A model generated the notes under the pieces. The model saw only the letters and a list, made by a program, of their open reading frames with translations, made no database searches and had not been told where the DNA came from. A stretch of 64,000 nt of DNA. Source: Vicinamibacterales bacterium (GTDB taxonomy: Bacteria; Acidobacteriota; Vicinamibacteria; Vicinamibacterales; CAVVIG01). Within the stretch, counting starts at the first letter, position 1. Each line of letters starts with the position of its first letter. The stretch is taken from contig CBDDJX010000002.1 of the NCBI GenBank assembly GCA_965229885.1, positions 202,784 through 266,783 on the forward strand. The letters run 5' to 3'. Of the stretch, positions 41,427-51,935 are shown one piece after another. The translations under genes and the position numbers were made by a program.

Positions 41427-42583
41427 ATGCCAGGCCGTAGTTTTCGGTTTGTTCCGGGACCGACGAATGTTCCCGATCGCGTCCTGCGGGCGATGCACGT
41501 CGCGATGGAGGATCATCGTTCATCGAGTTTTCCTTCGTTGACGAAGCCGCTGTTTAACGATACTCAAGAAGATCTTCAAGACCGAATCGGGCCAGTGCTT
41601 TATCTTTCCCGGCTCCGGCACCGGCGGCTGGGAAGCGGCCCTCACGAATACGCTGTCGCCTGGCGATAAGGCGTTGTCTGCCCGCTACGGGCAGTTCAGT
41701 CATCTCTGGACCGATATGGCCGTGCGGCTCGGGCTCGACGTGCAGCTGCTCGAGGCCGAGTGGGGCGAGGCCGCGCCGGTCGAGCGGATTGCCGAAGCGC
41801 TGGCGGCCGATACCGCACACCAGATTCGCGCGGTCATGATAGTGCACAACGAGACCGCCACGGGCGTGAGGAGCGATGTCGCGGCTGTTCGCAACGCGCT
41901 TGATGCCGAGACGCATCCCGCGCTGCTGTTCGTCGACGGCGTCAGCTCGATCGGTGCGATCGATTTCCGGATGGACGAATGGAAGGTCGATTGCGCCGTC
42001 ACTGGTACGCAGAAGGCGCTCGCTCATGCTGCCGCCGGGCCTAGGGATCGTCTGCGTCAGCCCGAAGGCGCTCGCGGCCGGCGACCAGACCAGGCTAGCA
42101 CGCGTGTTCTTCGACTTCACGGATCAGATCAACCAGAACGCGATCGGCTACTTTCCCTGTACGCCCGCCGTGCCGATGCTGTACGGGTTGCGTGAGTCGG
42201 TCGCGATGCTGCTCGAGGAGGGGCTCGCCGCCGTCTTCGCTAGGTACCATCGTCTGGCCGAAGGCGTTCGCGCGGCGGTCAGGGCCTGGGGCCTCGAGCT
42301 GTGCGCGGGCGCGCCGAAGTCGTACTCGGATACCGTCAGCGCCATCATGGTGCCGCCGCAGGTCAAGGGCCAGGACGTCATCGACATCGCCTACCACCGG
42401 TACAACCTGTCCCTTGGGGCCGGCTTGTCAAAAATGGCCGGGAAGCTGTTCCGTATCGGCCATATGGGCGACCTGAACGAGCTGATGCTGCTTGGCGCGC
42501 TCGCCGGCGCCGCCGAAGAGTACTGGCGACAATCGACCGCCGCCGCACAGTCCGTCGCGGTGGGAGCCGGCACGAAGGTATGA
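41427..42583 (+). pseudogene. sgaA: Serine-glyoxylate aminotransferase (class V), several frameshifts
   Basis: PGPTNVPDRV, HNETATGV.SD, VDGVSS, GTQKAL (PLP Lys), FRIGHMGDLNE; frame breaks near 41565, 41630 and 42030. Confidence 0.85.
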
Positions 42584-43557
42584 CGAGCGCCAGACGAGCG
42601 AGCGTCCCGGTGGTCGTCGTCACCAGGAAGATTCCCACTGCCGTCGAACAGGAAATCGCCGCCCTGTTCGAGGCGCGGCTCAACCCGAACGACACACCGA
42701 TGACCGTTGACGCGCTCAAGGAGGCGATGCGAACCTCCGACGTCGTGTTGTGCTCGGTGGCCGACAAGATGACGGCCGACATCATCAACACGCCAGGCCG
42801 CACAGTGAAGCTGCTGGCGAATTTCGGTGTGGGGTTCAACAACATCGATATCGCGGCGGCGAAAGCCGCCGGCGTGCTCGTCTCCAATACACCGGACGTC
42901 CTGACGGAAGCGACGGCGGATCTCGCGATGACGCTGCTGCTCATGACCGCGCGCCGCGCGGGCGAAGGGGAGCGCCTAGTGCGAGGGGGGCGGTGGACCG
43001 GATGGCGGCCCACGCACATGATGGGGACGATGGTGACCGGCAAGACGATCGGGCTCGTCGGTTTCGGCCGGATCGCCAGGGCGGTGACGAAGAAGGCCCA
43101 CGACGGGTTCGGGTTGCACGTGATCTTCCACGATCCGCTCGTGCCGAACGGATCGCTCGGCGCGGCGCCGCGCGCCAGCCTCGAGGAGCTGCTCGGAGAG
43201 GCGGACTTCGTCTCGTTGCATTGCCCGGCCCTCCCCGAGACGCGTCACCTGATGAACGCGCAGCGGCTCGGCCAGATGAAGAAATCGGGCATCCTGATCA
43301 ACACGGCCCGCGGCGACGTGGTGGACGAAGCGGCGCTCGTGGCTGCGCTGCAGAAGGGGCAGATTGCCGCGGCGGGGCTCGATGTCTTCGAACGTGAGCC
43401 GAACGTCACGCCCGAGCTGTTGAAGATGGAGAACGTCGTGCTACTGCCGCACTTGGGAAGCGCGACGCTCGAGACCCGCGAGGCGATGGGCAGAAGGGCG
43501 CTGGAGAACATCCAGCGCTTTGTCTCCGGCGCCTCGCTGCGCGATCGCGTCGTGTAG
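42580..43557 (+). CDS. D-glycerate dehydrogenase / hydroxypyruvate reductase-like 2-hydroxyacid dehydrogenase
   Basis: FGVGFNNID, NTPDVLT, GLVGFGRIA, NTARGDVVDE, DVFEREP and LPHLGS motifs; ATGA overlap with sga. Confidence 0.88.
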   Translation: MTSARRASVPVVVVTRKIPTAVEQEIAALFEARLNPNDTPMTVDALKEAMRTSDVVLCSVADKMTADIINTPGRTVKLLANFGVGFNNIDIAAAKAAGVLVSNTPDVLTEATADLAMTLLLMTARRAGEGERLVRGGRWTGWRPTHMMGTMVTGKTIGLVGFGRIARAVTKKAHDGFGLHVIFHDPLVPNGSLGAAPRASLEELLGEADFVSLHCPALPETRHLMNAQRLGQMKKSGILINTARGDVVDEAALVAALQKGQIAAAGLDVFEREPNVTPELLKMENVVLLPHLGSATLETREAMGRRALENIQRFVSGASLRDRVV

Positions 43558-43573
43558 CGCGTCGGTAAAGCGC

Positions 43574-43723
43574 TCAGTGCCACAGGATGTATTCATTCGC
43601 CTCATGAAATCTGACGCGCCCTCGCGCCGCCAGCTCGAGGAGGTCGCCTTCCTCCATGGCCTGAAACGGCGGATGTTTCTTGAGGAAATCGGCGATGCGA
43701 TAGCTGATAGCGGAAGTATCCAT
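43574..43723 (-). pseudogene. N-terminal fragment of a cyclic-nucleotide-binding-domain protein
   Basis: MDTSAISYRIADFLKKHPPFQAMEEGDLLELAARGRVRFHEANEYILW then stop; resembles the start of cNMP/CBS proteins. Confidence 0.55.
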
Positions 43724-43871
43724 TGTGAGAGGACGGTTGAATATGGCGAGAGAGTCGTGCGGACGTCCATCTAAGGATGCAGCGAAACCCCCTATAATGG
43801 ACCTTCAACCGTTGACGCCGGCCTGCTAGCGGGCGTAACCTTTACAACTCTCTCGGAAAGGAGAACCGTTC

Positions 43872-44978
43872 ATGGTGAGTTCCCTACGCGTGAAACTCGG
43901 GCTTCTCGTCGCCTTCGTCGTGCTCGCCTCTCTGACTCCGTCCTCGGCCTTGCAGGTTGCGCAGACCGGCCAGGGCCCGGTGCTGGAGTCCATTGGACCG
44001 CTGGCCTTCGGTCCTGACGGCACACTGTTCACCGCGGACAACCAGGGCGCCGCGATCTTCGCTCTCGACCTCGGTGCGCTGGCCAACGGCGGCGCCGCCG
44101 GGGTAAAGGGCCTCGATGCGCTGGATGAAAAGCTCGCCGCCCTGCTCGGCACCGGCGCGCGGGAAATCACTGTCACGGACCTCGCCGTGCATCCGCGCAC
44201 GCGGAATGCCTACGTGTCCGTGATGCGCGGACAGGGCGCCGGCGCGGCGCCGGCCCTGTTCCGGATCGACGGGGCGGGCAACATCGCCAACGTGTCGTTG
44301 CCGACGCTCCGGTTCCAGAAGGTCGAGCTGCCGAACGCGCCGGTCGCCAACACGACGGCTCGGACGAATCCGCGAACCCAGGTCATCACCGATATGGCGT
44401 TTGCCGACAGCCGCCTGTGGGTCGCGGGCCTCTCGAACGAGGAATTCGCGTCCAAGCTCCGCGCGATCCCGTACCCGTTCGCCACCGTCGACCGGGGCGT
44501 GAGCGTTGAGATTTACCATGGCAACCACAAGGCCGTCGAGACGCGGTCGCCTGTCAACGCGTTCGTCCCGTACACCCTCAACAACCAGCCGTACCTGATC
44601 GCCGGCTACACGTGCACGCCGCTCGTCAAGTTCCCAATCTCCGACCTAAAGGCGGGCGAGAAGGTGCGCGGCACCACCATCGCGGAGTTCGGCGGCGGCA
44701 ACCGGGTGCTCGACATGATCGTGTATCGCAAGGGTGGTCAGGAATTCCTGCTCACGGCGAACAATAGCCGTGGGGTCATGAAGATCCCCACCAGCACGTT
44801 CGCTAGCGCCACGCCGATCACCACCCCCGTGGAGACGGAGACGGGCGGCGTTCCGTTCGAGACGGTCACCAGCATGACGGGCATCGAGCAGCTCGACAAG
44901 CTGGACGATAACAACTCGATCGTGATCGCGCGCACCGCCGCCGGCGGGATCAACCTCCAGACCATCCCCCTTCCGTAA
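43872..44978 (+). CDS. Uncharacterised secreted protein, possibly a beta-propeller
   Basis: Signal peptide; LESIGPLAFGPDGTLF, GLSNEEFASKLR and AGYTCTPLV; strong coding bias. Confidence 0.75.
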   Translation: MVSSLRVKLGLLVAFVVLASLTPSSALQVAQTGQGPVLESIGPLAFGPDGTLFTADNQGAAIFALDLGALANGGAAGVKGLDALDEKLAALLGTGAREITVTDLAVHPRTRNAYVSVMRGQGAGAAPALFRIDGAGNIANVSLPTLRFQKVELPNAPVANTTARTNPRTQVITDMAFADSRLWVAGLSNEEFASKLRAIPYPFATVDRGVSVEIYHGNHKAVETRSPVNAFVPYTLNNQPYLIAGYTCTPLVKFPISDLKAGEKVRGTTIAEFGGGNRVLDMIVYRKGGQEFLLTANNSRGVMKIPTSTFASATPITTPVETETGGVPFETVTSMTGIEQLDKLDDNNSIVIARTAAGGINLQTIPLP

Positions 44979-46159
44979 TGAGGGTCCGCCTGCGGTCGGT
45001 CGCGGCGGTGACGAGTTCGCTCATCATCGCCGCGGCCTGCGGCGGCCGTTCCACCGGATCCGCTTCCGATCCCGCCATCAGGCTGACGACCCCGCAGAAC
45101 GGCGGAACCGCGTACGTCGAAGTCGCCGGGTTGTCGGGCGCGGCGCTCGCCGCGCTAAGAGATGCGGAGCTCACGGCCGACCAGTGGTCCCTCGTCCTTC
45201 GTGTGTCGGTGAATGACGATGCCCCGGGCATGCTCGGCCAGTACAGCGTCGCAGACGAAGCGCTGCGATTCACGCCCTTGTACCCTCTGGACCCCGGCCG
45301 TCAATATCGGGTGCGGTTCGATCCGGCGCGCCTGCCGGGGGCCGGCGGTTCAAGCGCCGCCGCGGTCGTCGCCAGCGTCGGACAACCGGCGCAGCACACG
45401 ACTTCTTCGACCGTGGTGGCCCGCGTGTATCCGACGAGCGACGTCCTCCCGGAAAACCTGCTGCGAATGTACGTCGAATTCTCTGGCCCGATGGGGCGAC
45501 CGAGCGGCATCCAGCACATGAAGCTCGTCGACGACAGCGGCAAGGAGATCCCTGGGGCGTTCCTGCCGCTCGGTTACGAGTTCTGGAGCCCCGATCACAC
45601 ACGCTTCACGGCATTCTTCGACCCGGGCCGCGTGAAGGGGGGCATTCTGCCGAACCAGCAGATGGGGCGCGCGCTCAATTCGGGGCGGTCGGTGACGCTG
45701 GTCATCAGCAGCGAGTGGCGCGATCAACACGGGCTGCCGCTCAAGGAAGACTTCAGGCGGGTGCTGCGCGTTGGTCCTGCCGAGGAGAAGCCGCTCGATA
45801 CGGCCTCGTGGCGCATCCAGCCACCGCGGGCTGCCGGGCGGCGCGACGGGGTCGTCGTGACCTTCCCCGAACCGCTCGACCACGGCCTGCTGATGCGCGC
45901 GCTCGGCGTCACCCGTGAGGACGTCCCCGTCGAGGGCGACATCCTCGTCGACAACGCGGAAACGCGGTGGACGTTCACGCCGCGCGAGAGGTGGCGCACC
46001 GGCATATATCACCTGCTCGCGCTCGATATCCTGGAGGACGTCGCCGGCAATCAGATCGGCCGCGCGTTCGAGGTCGACAACTTCGATACCGTCGACAAGA
46101 GTCCCAACCCGAAGAGCATCACGATCCCCTTCAGCGTCGGGGCAGCCGGCACCGATTAG
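44978..46159 (+). CDS. Uncharacterised lipoprotein with Ig-like segments
   Basis: Lipobox IAAA-C; VYPTSDVLPENLLRMYVEFS.PM, FFDPGRVK and TFPEPLDH; TAATG coupling to the upstream gene. Confidence 0.75.
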   Translation: MRVRLRSVAAVTSSLIIAAACGGRSTGSASDPAIRLTTPQNGGTAYVEVAGLSGAALAALRDAELTADQWSLVLRVSVNDDAPGMLGQYSVADEALRFTPLYPLDPGRQYRVRFDPARLPGAGGSSAAAVVASVGQPAQHTTSSTVVARVYPTSDVLPENLLRMYVEFSGPMGRPSGIQHMKLVDDSGKEIPGAFLPLGYEFWSPDHTRFTAFFDPGRVKGGILPNQQMGRALNSGRSVTLVISSEWRDQHGLPLKEDFRRVLRVGPAEEKPLDTASWRIQPPRAAGRRDGVVVTFPEPLDHGLLMRALGVTREDVPVEGDILVDNAETRWTFTPRERWRTGIYHLLALDILEDVAGNQIGRAFEVDNFDTVDKSPNPKSITIPFSVGAAGTD

Positions 46160-46206
46160 ATAAAGACCTGCGCTACACCTTCACGAAAAACTGAGTAGCA
46201 TAGCTG

Positions 46207-46610
46207 CTAGTCCGACTCGAGCAGGGCCAGCAGCGACCAGGCGGTCGTCGAGATGCGCTGCGCATAACTCTCTCCGTTCGCCGGTCTCGTCGTCTCCGGC
46301 CAGCTTCCGTCCGGACCCTGAACGCCGGCGAGATACTCCCTCGCCCGGCGGATCGCCTCACCCAGATCGCGATCCGAATAGGGAGAGGTCGACAGCGCTT
46401 CGATGTTCCGCACGCCCGCGAGCGCCAATACCGCAAGCGCGGTGTCGAACGACTCCGACTGCGAAGCGACATACGGACCCCAACCGCCGTCGGGCCCCTG
46501 GCCGCGTTTCAGTACATCGAGAGATCTCTGGCGCTCGGCGATGGCCGCGGGATCGACGTCGCGCTCGAGTCCAAGGAGAACCGCGGCCGCATCGAGCCGC
46601 TCGCGCACGA
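46207..46610 (-). pseudogene. Prenyltransferase/squalene-cyclase repeat protein, C-terminal relic
   Basis: Two QW-like repeats (GQGPDGGW, VQGPDGSW), FDTALAVLAL and TTAWSLLALL. Confidence 0.65.
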
Positions 46611-46626
46611 CTTCGCCAGGGCCGCC

Positions 46627-47423
46627 GTGTTCCTGGTCGGCGCCGCCGGCTTGAAGGGATGGCGCGCACGCGGCCTGGCCGCCACGAGCGACATTACCAA
46701 GCTGGCAATCCCGCGCACGAGCGATTCGCTCCTGACGCGCGCCGTGACCACCCGCAAGCGCGTCCAGGTCGCGGCAAACGGCGGCGAGCCGCCGATTGGC
46801 TTGTGGGGGGATCCGGTCGCGGGAGCGGTGGCGCTGCCGATCCATGCCGGCGAGGGTGTCATCGCGGTCGCGTACGCGGAAGATACCGAGCAGACGTCGT
46901 CGCAGAACGTCGGGCGCAAAATCACGGAGATGCTGATTAAGCACGCCGCCTTGCGCCTGACGACGAAAGGGAAGGCGTCGCCGCAGGCGACAACGGGCAC
47001 ACGGACAGGCAAGACGGCGCAGACGGGCGAAGAGAGCCTGCAGTCTGCCGAGTACTCGCCGGCCCGCCAGGCCCGCCGGCTCAGGATGCAGGAGGGCCTC
47101 GAGGTCACGCTCGACGGTTCTTCCAGCTCGCTCGTTGACATGTCAACGATTGGTGCTCAGGTTCTTTCCCCGCTCGCTCTGCGCCCCAACCGCGTGACCA
47201 GGATGACGCTACGCGGCGAAGCCAGCGCGCTAGCGGGCACAAAGTCCGCGTGATGTGGGCGCGCTTTGAGCAGCCGCAGGGGACCGACGCCGCGCAGTAT
47301 CGTGTCGGCGTGAAGTTCACGGACCTCGAACCGAACGAAGTCGACGGGTTCCTGACGCGGCATGGGATTGAGGCGGCGACACGCGAGCGAACGAAGCCCG
47401 CCAAGCTCAAGGACTCGGCATGA
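46627..47423 (+). pseudogene. GAF-like plus PilZ-domain protein, 5'-truncated and frameshifted
   Basis: RQARR...LVDMSTIGAQV (RxxxR / DxSxxG-like) and V.WARFE...YRVGVKF after a frameshift near 47245. Confidence 0.6.
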
Positions 47424-47440
47424 GATAAGCTCTTCCCGTA

Positions 47441-49108
47441 TTGAAGGATCTGACGGACACCGACCGCGCGTTCCAGTACCACGACGGCACCAAACACCAT
47501 TTCAATCGCTTCGCTCCCTCGCTCGGCTATCTCGACTGGGCGTCGCAGCCGCGCCCGTTCCGGTCGTTTGACGGCGCGCCGGTCTGTCATTTGTATCCCG
47601 GGCCGAACGTGCCGGGGCCTTCGACCGAGCTGCCGCGCACCACGTACGACCAGTTATTTGGCGGCTTGCCGATCCCTCCGGCCCCGATCACGGCGGCCAC
47701 CATCGGATACTTTCTTCGTTATTCGCTGGGACTCTCGGCCTGGAAAGTCTTCAAGGGTTCACGCTGGTCGCTGCGCGTCAATCCGTCGAGCGGGAACCTG
47801 CATCCCACCGAGGCGTACATCGCAACGGGCCCGTTCGGGGTCCCCAGCGCGGCCGCCGCGCCGGGGACCCCGCCGACGGATTTCGGAGAGACGCCGGGCG
47901 TCTGGCATTACGCGCCCGATCGTCACGTGCTGGAGCGACGGTCGGTCTTCGATCGCCAGGCCTGGGATCGGGCAGGCATCGGCGTCGCGACCGACGGGTT
48001 CATCGTCGCGCTGACGTCGATTCACTGGCGCGAATCGTGGAAATACGGCGAGCGCGCGTTCCGGTACTGCCAGCACGATCTTGGACATGCCATTGCTGCA
48101 CTGGCTGTATCAGCGGCGATGTGTGGATGGCGACTGACGATGCTGCCCGGGTGGTCGCAGCGCGCGGTGGGGACGCTCATCGGCATCGATCGCGATGAGG
48201 ATTACGTCGAGGCCGAGCGCGAAGAGCCGGCCTGCGCCCTGCTCGTCACGCGCGGGGTGGTTCCCGATCTGCCACCGATTGGGTTGGTTCCCGACCTGTG
48301 GTTCGGCCGGGCCAGTCAGCTGAGCGAAGACCATGTCACGTGGGCCTTCATCGACGACGTGGCCCGGGCCACGGAAGATTCTGGCCGCACGGTCACCGCC
48401 GATTGCGCGTGGTCGGCGGGCGCTGCGGTTGATGGTGATCGCGGACACGACGCGCGCGCGCTTGTCGTGCAGCGGCGCAGCGCGGTGGCGCTCGATGGGG
48501 CTTCCTGCGCCGATCGCGGACAGTTCCTGCGCATGCTCTCGCGCGTGATGCCCGGTTCCGGCGCACCGTGGGACGCGGCCTGGTGGACTCCGCGCATTCA
48601 TCTCGCCTTGTTCGTCCATCGCGTGGAGGGCGTGGCCCCGGGCCTCTACGTGCTCGCCCGGGCGGCGTCGGCTGTGCCCCGGCTCAAGGCGGCGTTCAGC
48701 CGTGAGTTCACCTGGACACAGGTCGCCGACGGTGTTCCGCTGTGGCTGTTACACGCGGGTGATTATCGGTCTCGCTCGCAACGTGTCAGTTGCGACCAGA
48801 ACATCGCGGCCGACGGATTCTTCAGCCTCGGGATGATCGCGGACTTCGAAGGCAGCCTCGATGAGCACGGGCCGTCGTTCTATCGGCACCTGTTCTGGGA
48901 ATCGGGCATCGTGGGCCAGATGTTGTACCTCGAGGCGGAAGCCGCTGGGGCGCGCGCCACCGGCATCGGCTGCTTCTACGACGACGCGGTTCACGACCTG
49001 CTCGGGCTCAGAGGGCACGCGTTTCAAAGCCTGTACCACTTCACGGTCGGCATGCCCGTCGAGGACGCCCGGCTCACGACGGAACCGGGATATCCATGGG
49101 AAGGGTGA
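47441..49108 (+). CDS. SagB/ThcOx-type tandem nitroreductase-domain protein
   Basis: YH..TKH, LRVNPSSGNLHPTEAY, WKYGERAFRYCQHD.GH, QRRSAV and ESGIVGQMLYLEAEA motifs. Confidence 0.88.
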   Translation: MKDLTDTDRAFQYHDGTKHHFNRFAPSLGYLDWASQPRPFRSFDGAPVCHLYPGPNVPGPSTELPRTTYDQLFGGLPIPPAPITAATIGYFLRYSLGLSAWKVFKGSRWSLRVNPSSGNLHPTEAYIATGPFGVPSAAAAPGTPPTDFGETPGVWHYAPDRHVLERRSVFDRQAWDRAGIGVATDGFIVALTSIHWRESWKYGERAFRYCQHDLGHAIAALAVSAAMCGWRLTMLPGWSQRAVGTLIGIDRDEDYVEAEREEPACALLVTRGVVPDLPPIGLVPDLWFGRASQLSEDHVTWAFIDDVARATEDSGRTVTADCAWSAGAAVDGDRGHDARALVVQRRSAVALDGASCADRGQFLRMLSRVMPGSGAPWDAAWWTPRIHLALFVHRVEGVAPGLYVLARAASAVPRLKAAFSREFTWTQVADGVPLWLLHAGDYRSRSQRVSCDQNIAADGFFSLGMIADFEGSLDEHGPSFYRHLFWESGIVGQMLYLEAEAAGARATGIGCFYDDAVHDLLGLRGHAFQSLYHFTVGMPVEDARLTTEPGYPWEG

Positions 49109-49138
49109 ACGCATATGTTTGACCCTTGGATGGTGAAT

Positions 49139-50168
49139 ATGCACACAAAGATAAAGGTATTCATAATACCGCTGGGCGTCGGCCTCACCGTCTGCGCGGC
49201 GGCGTTGATGGTGCGGACCGCACAACAGAAGGCTGACACGAGCAACCTGATCGCGGGTCCGGCGGCGTTCATCGACTACCGCGCGATGAAACCCGGGACC
49301 TTCCGGAAGATTACGGCGGCGGATTTGCCCAGGCCGTATGCGACCCGTTCGGTCGGCAACGCGCCGACGCTCGTGCCTCGGCCGGCCGGCCGGAGCGGAT
49401 ATCGGTCTTTGCGACGGGCCTGAGGCAGCCGTACGGAATCGCGTTCTATCCGCTCGGCGCGAGTCCACAGTGGGTAAACATCGGCAACACGAATTCGATC
49501 GTGCGATTCGCCTACAGGAACGGTGATCTCAAAGCCAGCGGCGCGGCCGAAACCGTCGTTGGGAACTGCCGGCAGGGGGCGCCCACTGGACCCGCGACGT
49601 CGTGTTTTCGAAAGACGGAAGAGCGATGTTTGTGGCGGTCGGCTCGGCGTCGAACGTCGATGACCCCGACGAGACGCGTGCGGAATTCCACCGCGCGAGC
49701 ATTCTTCAATTCATACCGGAGGGCGCCTTCGTCAAGGTGTACGCGTCTGGCATTCGTAACGCGGGAGGCGGGCTGGCCATCAACGCGAACGGGTGAGCTC
49801 TGGTGCTCGACCAACGAGCGCGACAGTCTTGGCGACGACCTCGTGCCCGACTACATCACGCACGTGCGCGAGGGCGGTTTCCACGGGTGGCCCTGGTATT
49901 ACATCGGCGACCATCAGGACCCGCGCCACGAAGGCAAGCACCCGGAGCTCAGAACGCAGGTCGTCGTTCCCGACGTCTTGTTGTCGCCGCACAACACGGA
50001 TCGTGGAATCGCGCGAATCGGACCGGCTACGAATTGATTCGAGTCCCGATCGTCGACGGACATGCGACCGGAGAGTTCCAGGATTTCATGACGGGATTCG
50101 TCCTGCCGAATGGCGACGTGTGGGGAAGGCCCGTGGCCGTCGCCGTGGCCAGCGACGGCTCGTGGTGA
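49139..50168 (+). pseudogene. PQQ-dependent sugar/sorbosone dehydrogenase, deleted and frameshifted
   Basis: QPYGIAFYP, VGSASNV, SGIRN, LWCSTNERD.LGDDLVPDY, GWPWYY and GRPVAVAVA.DGS in at least five frame segments. Confidence 0.85.
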
Positions 50169-50178
50169 CGCCGGCCTG

Positions 50179-51057
50179 TCAGTGACGTCGCGTCTCGTGG
50201 TCGACCACGGCCAGGACTGCGAGCGGATCGACGCGAGCACCTCCGGCCCGCACGGCCCAGTGGAGGTGCGGACCCGTCACCCTCCCCGTCGCTCCGACCT
50301 CTCCGATCGCCTGTCCGGCCGCGACGCTGTCGCCTTCGTGGACGCCGATGACAGACAGGTGCGCCAGCAGCGAAAAGAGTCCGAGTCCGTGGTCCAGAAT
50401 GACCGTCTTCCCGGAAAAGTACAGATCCTTGGCGAGCACGACACGGCCGGCGTTGGGGGCCGCAACCGGCGTGCCGGTCAGGCTCGGGAAATCGGCACCG
50501 CTATGAGGACTTCGCGCCTGGCCGTTGAAGATGCTTCGCGTACCGAAGTGGCTGGTAACTGTACTCGGGACTGGCGGCATGAACGGCCCGTGCCACAGCC
50601 GCTCCGCGGACGATTGGCGCCACAGCTCGTCGAGCGCTGCCGCCTCGCCGGCAATGCGCTCTCCCATTTCTGGCGGCGGATTGACGAGCGCCGGGTCGAC
50701 CTTCAGCACCCGAACCGGGAAACGCCGCGGCAGAACCGTGAGGACGTACGTGGCCTGAAGCCGCCGTGGGCCCGATATCACTTCGACCGATGCGGAGTAG
50801 GTTCCCGGCCGGACGCCAAGGTCAATCCCGACGAGTCCGCGCCAGGTCGCGGCATCGACGCGGTACACGGGTATCTCGCGGTTGAAGGCGTGCAGCCGTA
50901 CACGGTCCGCGGGCTCTGGCACGACCATCGTCAGCACGACCAGCTCGCCGGGCTGTATCGACCGGGCATTCGCGGCGATGTCGATGGAATCGGCGGGGGT
51001 GGCGACCGCAGCCATCAGCAAAGCCGAGAACCAGGAGGCCGCCAGAACACCCCGCAT
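50179..51057 (-). CDS. M23-family metallopeptidase
   Basis: HSGAD, DHGLGL.S..AHL and TGPHLHW motifs; signal peptide. Confidence 0.9.
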   Translation of the reverse strand: MRGVLAASWFSALLMAAVATPADSIDIAANARSIQPGELVVLTMVVPEPADRVRLHAFNREIPVYRVDAATWRGLVGIDLGVRPGTYSASVEVISGPRRLQATYVLTVLPRRFPVRVLKVDPALVNPPPEMGERIAGEAAALDELWRQSSAERLWHGPFMPPVPSTVTSHFGTRSIFNGQARSPHSGADFPSLTGTPVAAPNAGRVVLAKDLYFSGKTVILDHGLGLFSLLAHLSVIGVHEGDSVAAGQAIGEVGATGRVTGPHLHWAVRAGGARVDPLAVLAVVDHETRRH

Positions 51058-51086
51058 GGTTCAATCTTACGCCTGGCCTCATTGTG

Positions 51087-51935
51087 TTAGAAGAACTTTC
51101 GGGCGCGAGGTTGAATCCCATAAATAGCGCGCGCGGAACCCCACTCCGCGCCATCTGCGCGAACGTCGTACCCTGGCCGTTGCCGAAGTTGAGCTGAAAG
51201 CAGGTGGCGGCCCGCGCGCTTCTCGATGCCGAAGGCAAACGCCGGCTCATCGGGTTTGTAACCGGCAACCCGCGGCGATGTTTCGGCGACGACGTACACC
51301 GTCGGGTTGAGCCGCAGCCGGCCGCCGACGCCGACGAAGAACGTGTCGCGATCGATGTTGAGGATGGCGGCCGTGTTGTGCACCCAGATCGGTGTCGCAT
51401 ACATCGCGAAGCGGTCGCCAACCGTTCGCGACACGACCGCTCCCAGGGCGGGCGAATACCGATCCTGGAAGTTGTTGCCGCCCTCAATGGATACGAGCGC
51501 TGATATCGAGAGCGGCGTCGATTACCGCTGATGCACGGCGTCGTACTTGCCATAGAACTGAAAGGTCTTGTCTACGGCTGCGCGGTAAGCGGCCGCCTGC
51601 ACATGCCGCGCGATCCCGAAGCGGTACTCGAAGCCGACGACGGCGCCTTGATCGAGACCGAAGAGATTGCTGGCCTGCTGACCAAAGCTACCGTTCCTCA
51701 GATTGCCGTTGAACCGGTGGGTGAGCTGAAAGTTCGATCCGTGCCGCGGAAGCCTCAGGGTCGTCGGCAGAGCGATGACGCGAAAATCAGGTTCGGCGAA
51801 CCGCAGCGAACGGTCGTTGTCGGCAGCCGCCGTGGCGGGAGCTGCAGCCGATTGCGCCTGCGCAGAGTCAACGTCGAGACCCGCGACTCCCAGGAATCCA
51901 ATCGAGACAAAGCGAGCGAGCATGTGCGTCGTCAC
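51087..51935 (-). pseudogene. DUF5777-like beta-barrel protein, deleted and frameshifted
   Basis: AEPDF.VI.LPTTLRLP, QLTHRF, LFGLDQGA, SIEGGNNFQD and FGIEKRAG.H in different frames. Confidence 0.65.

Noticed and set aside
47441-49108. SagB-type gene as part of a RiPP (azole) cluster
   Set aside because: No YcaO, E1-like protein or precursor peptide is nearby. Stand-alone tandem nitroreductase genes of this type are common.
49209-49217. TGGTGCGGA matching the tRNA-Leu 3' end as a possible att site
   Set aside because: Only 9 bp, inside a coding region, and expected by chance in GC-rich DNA.
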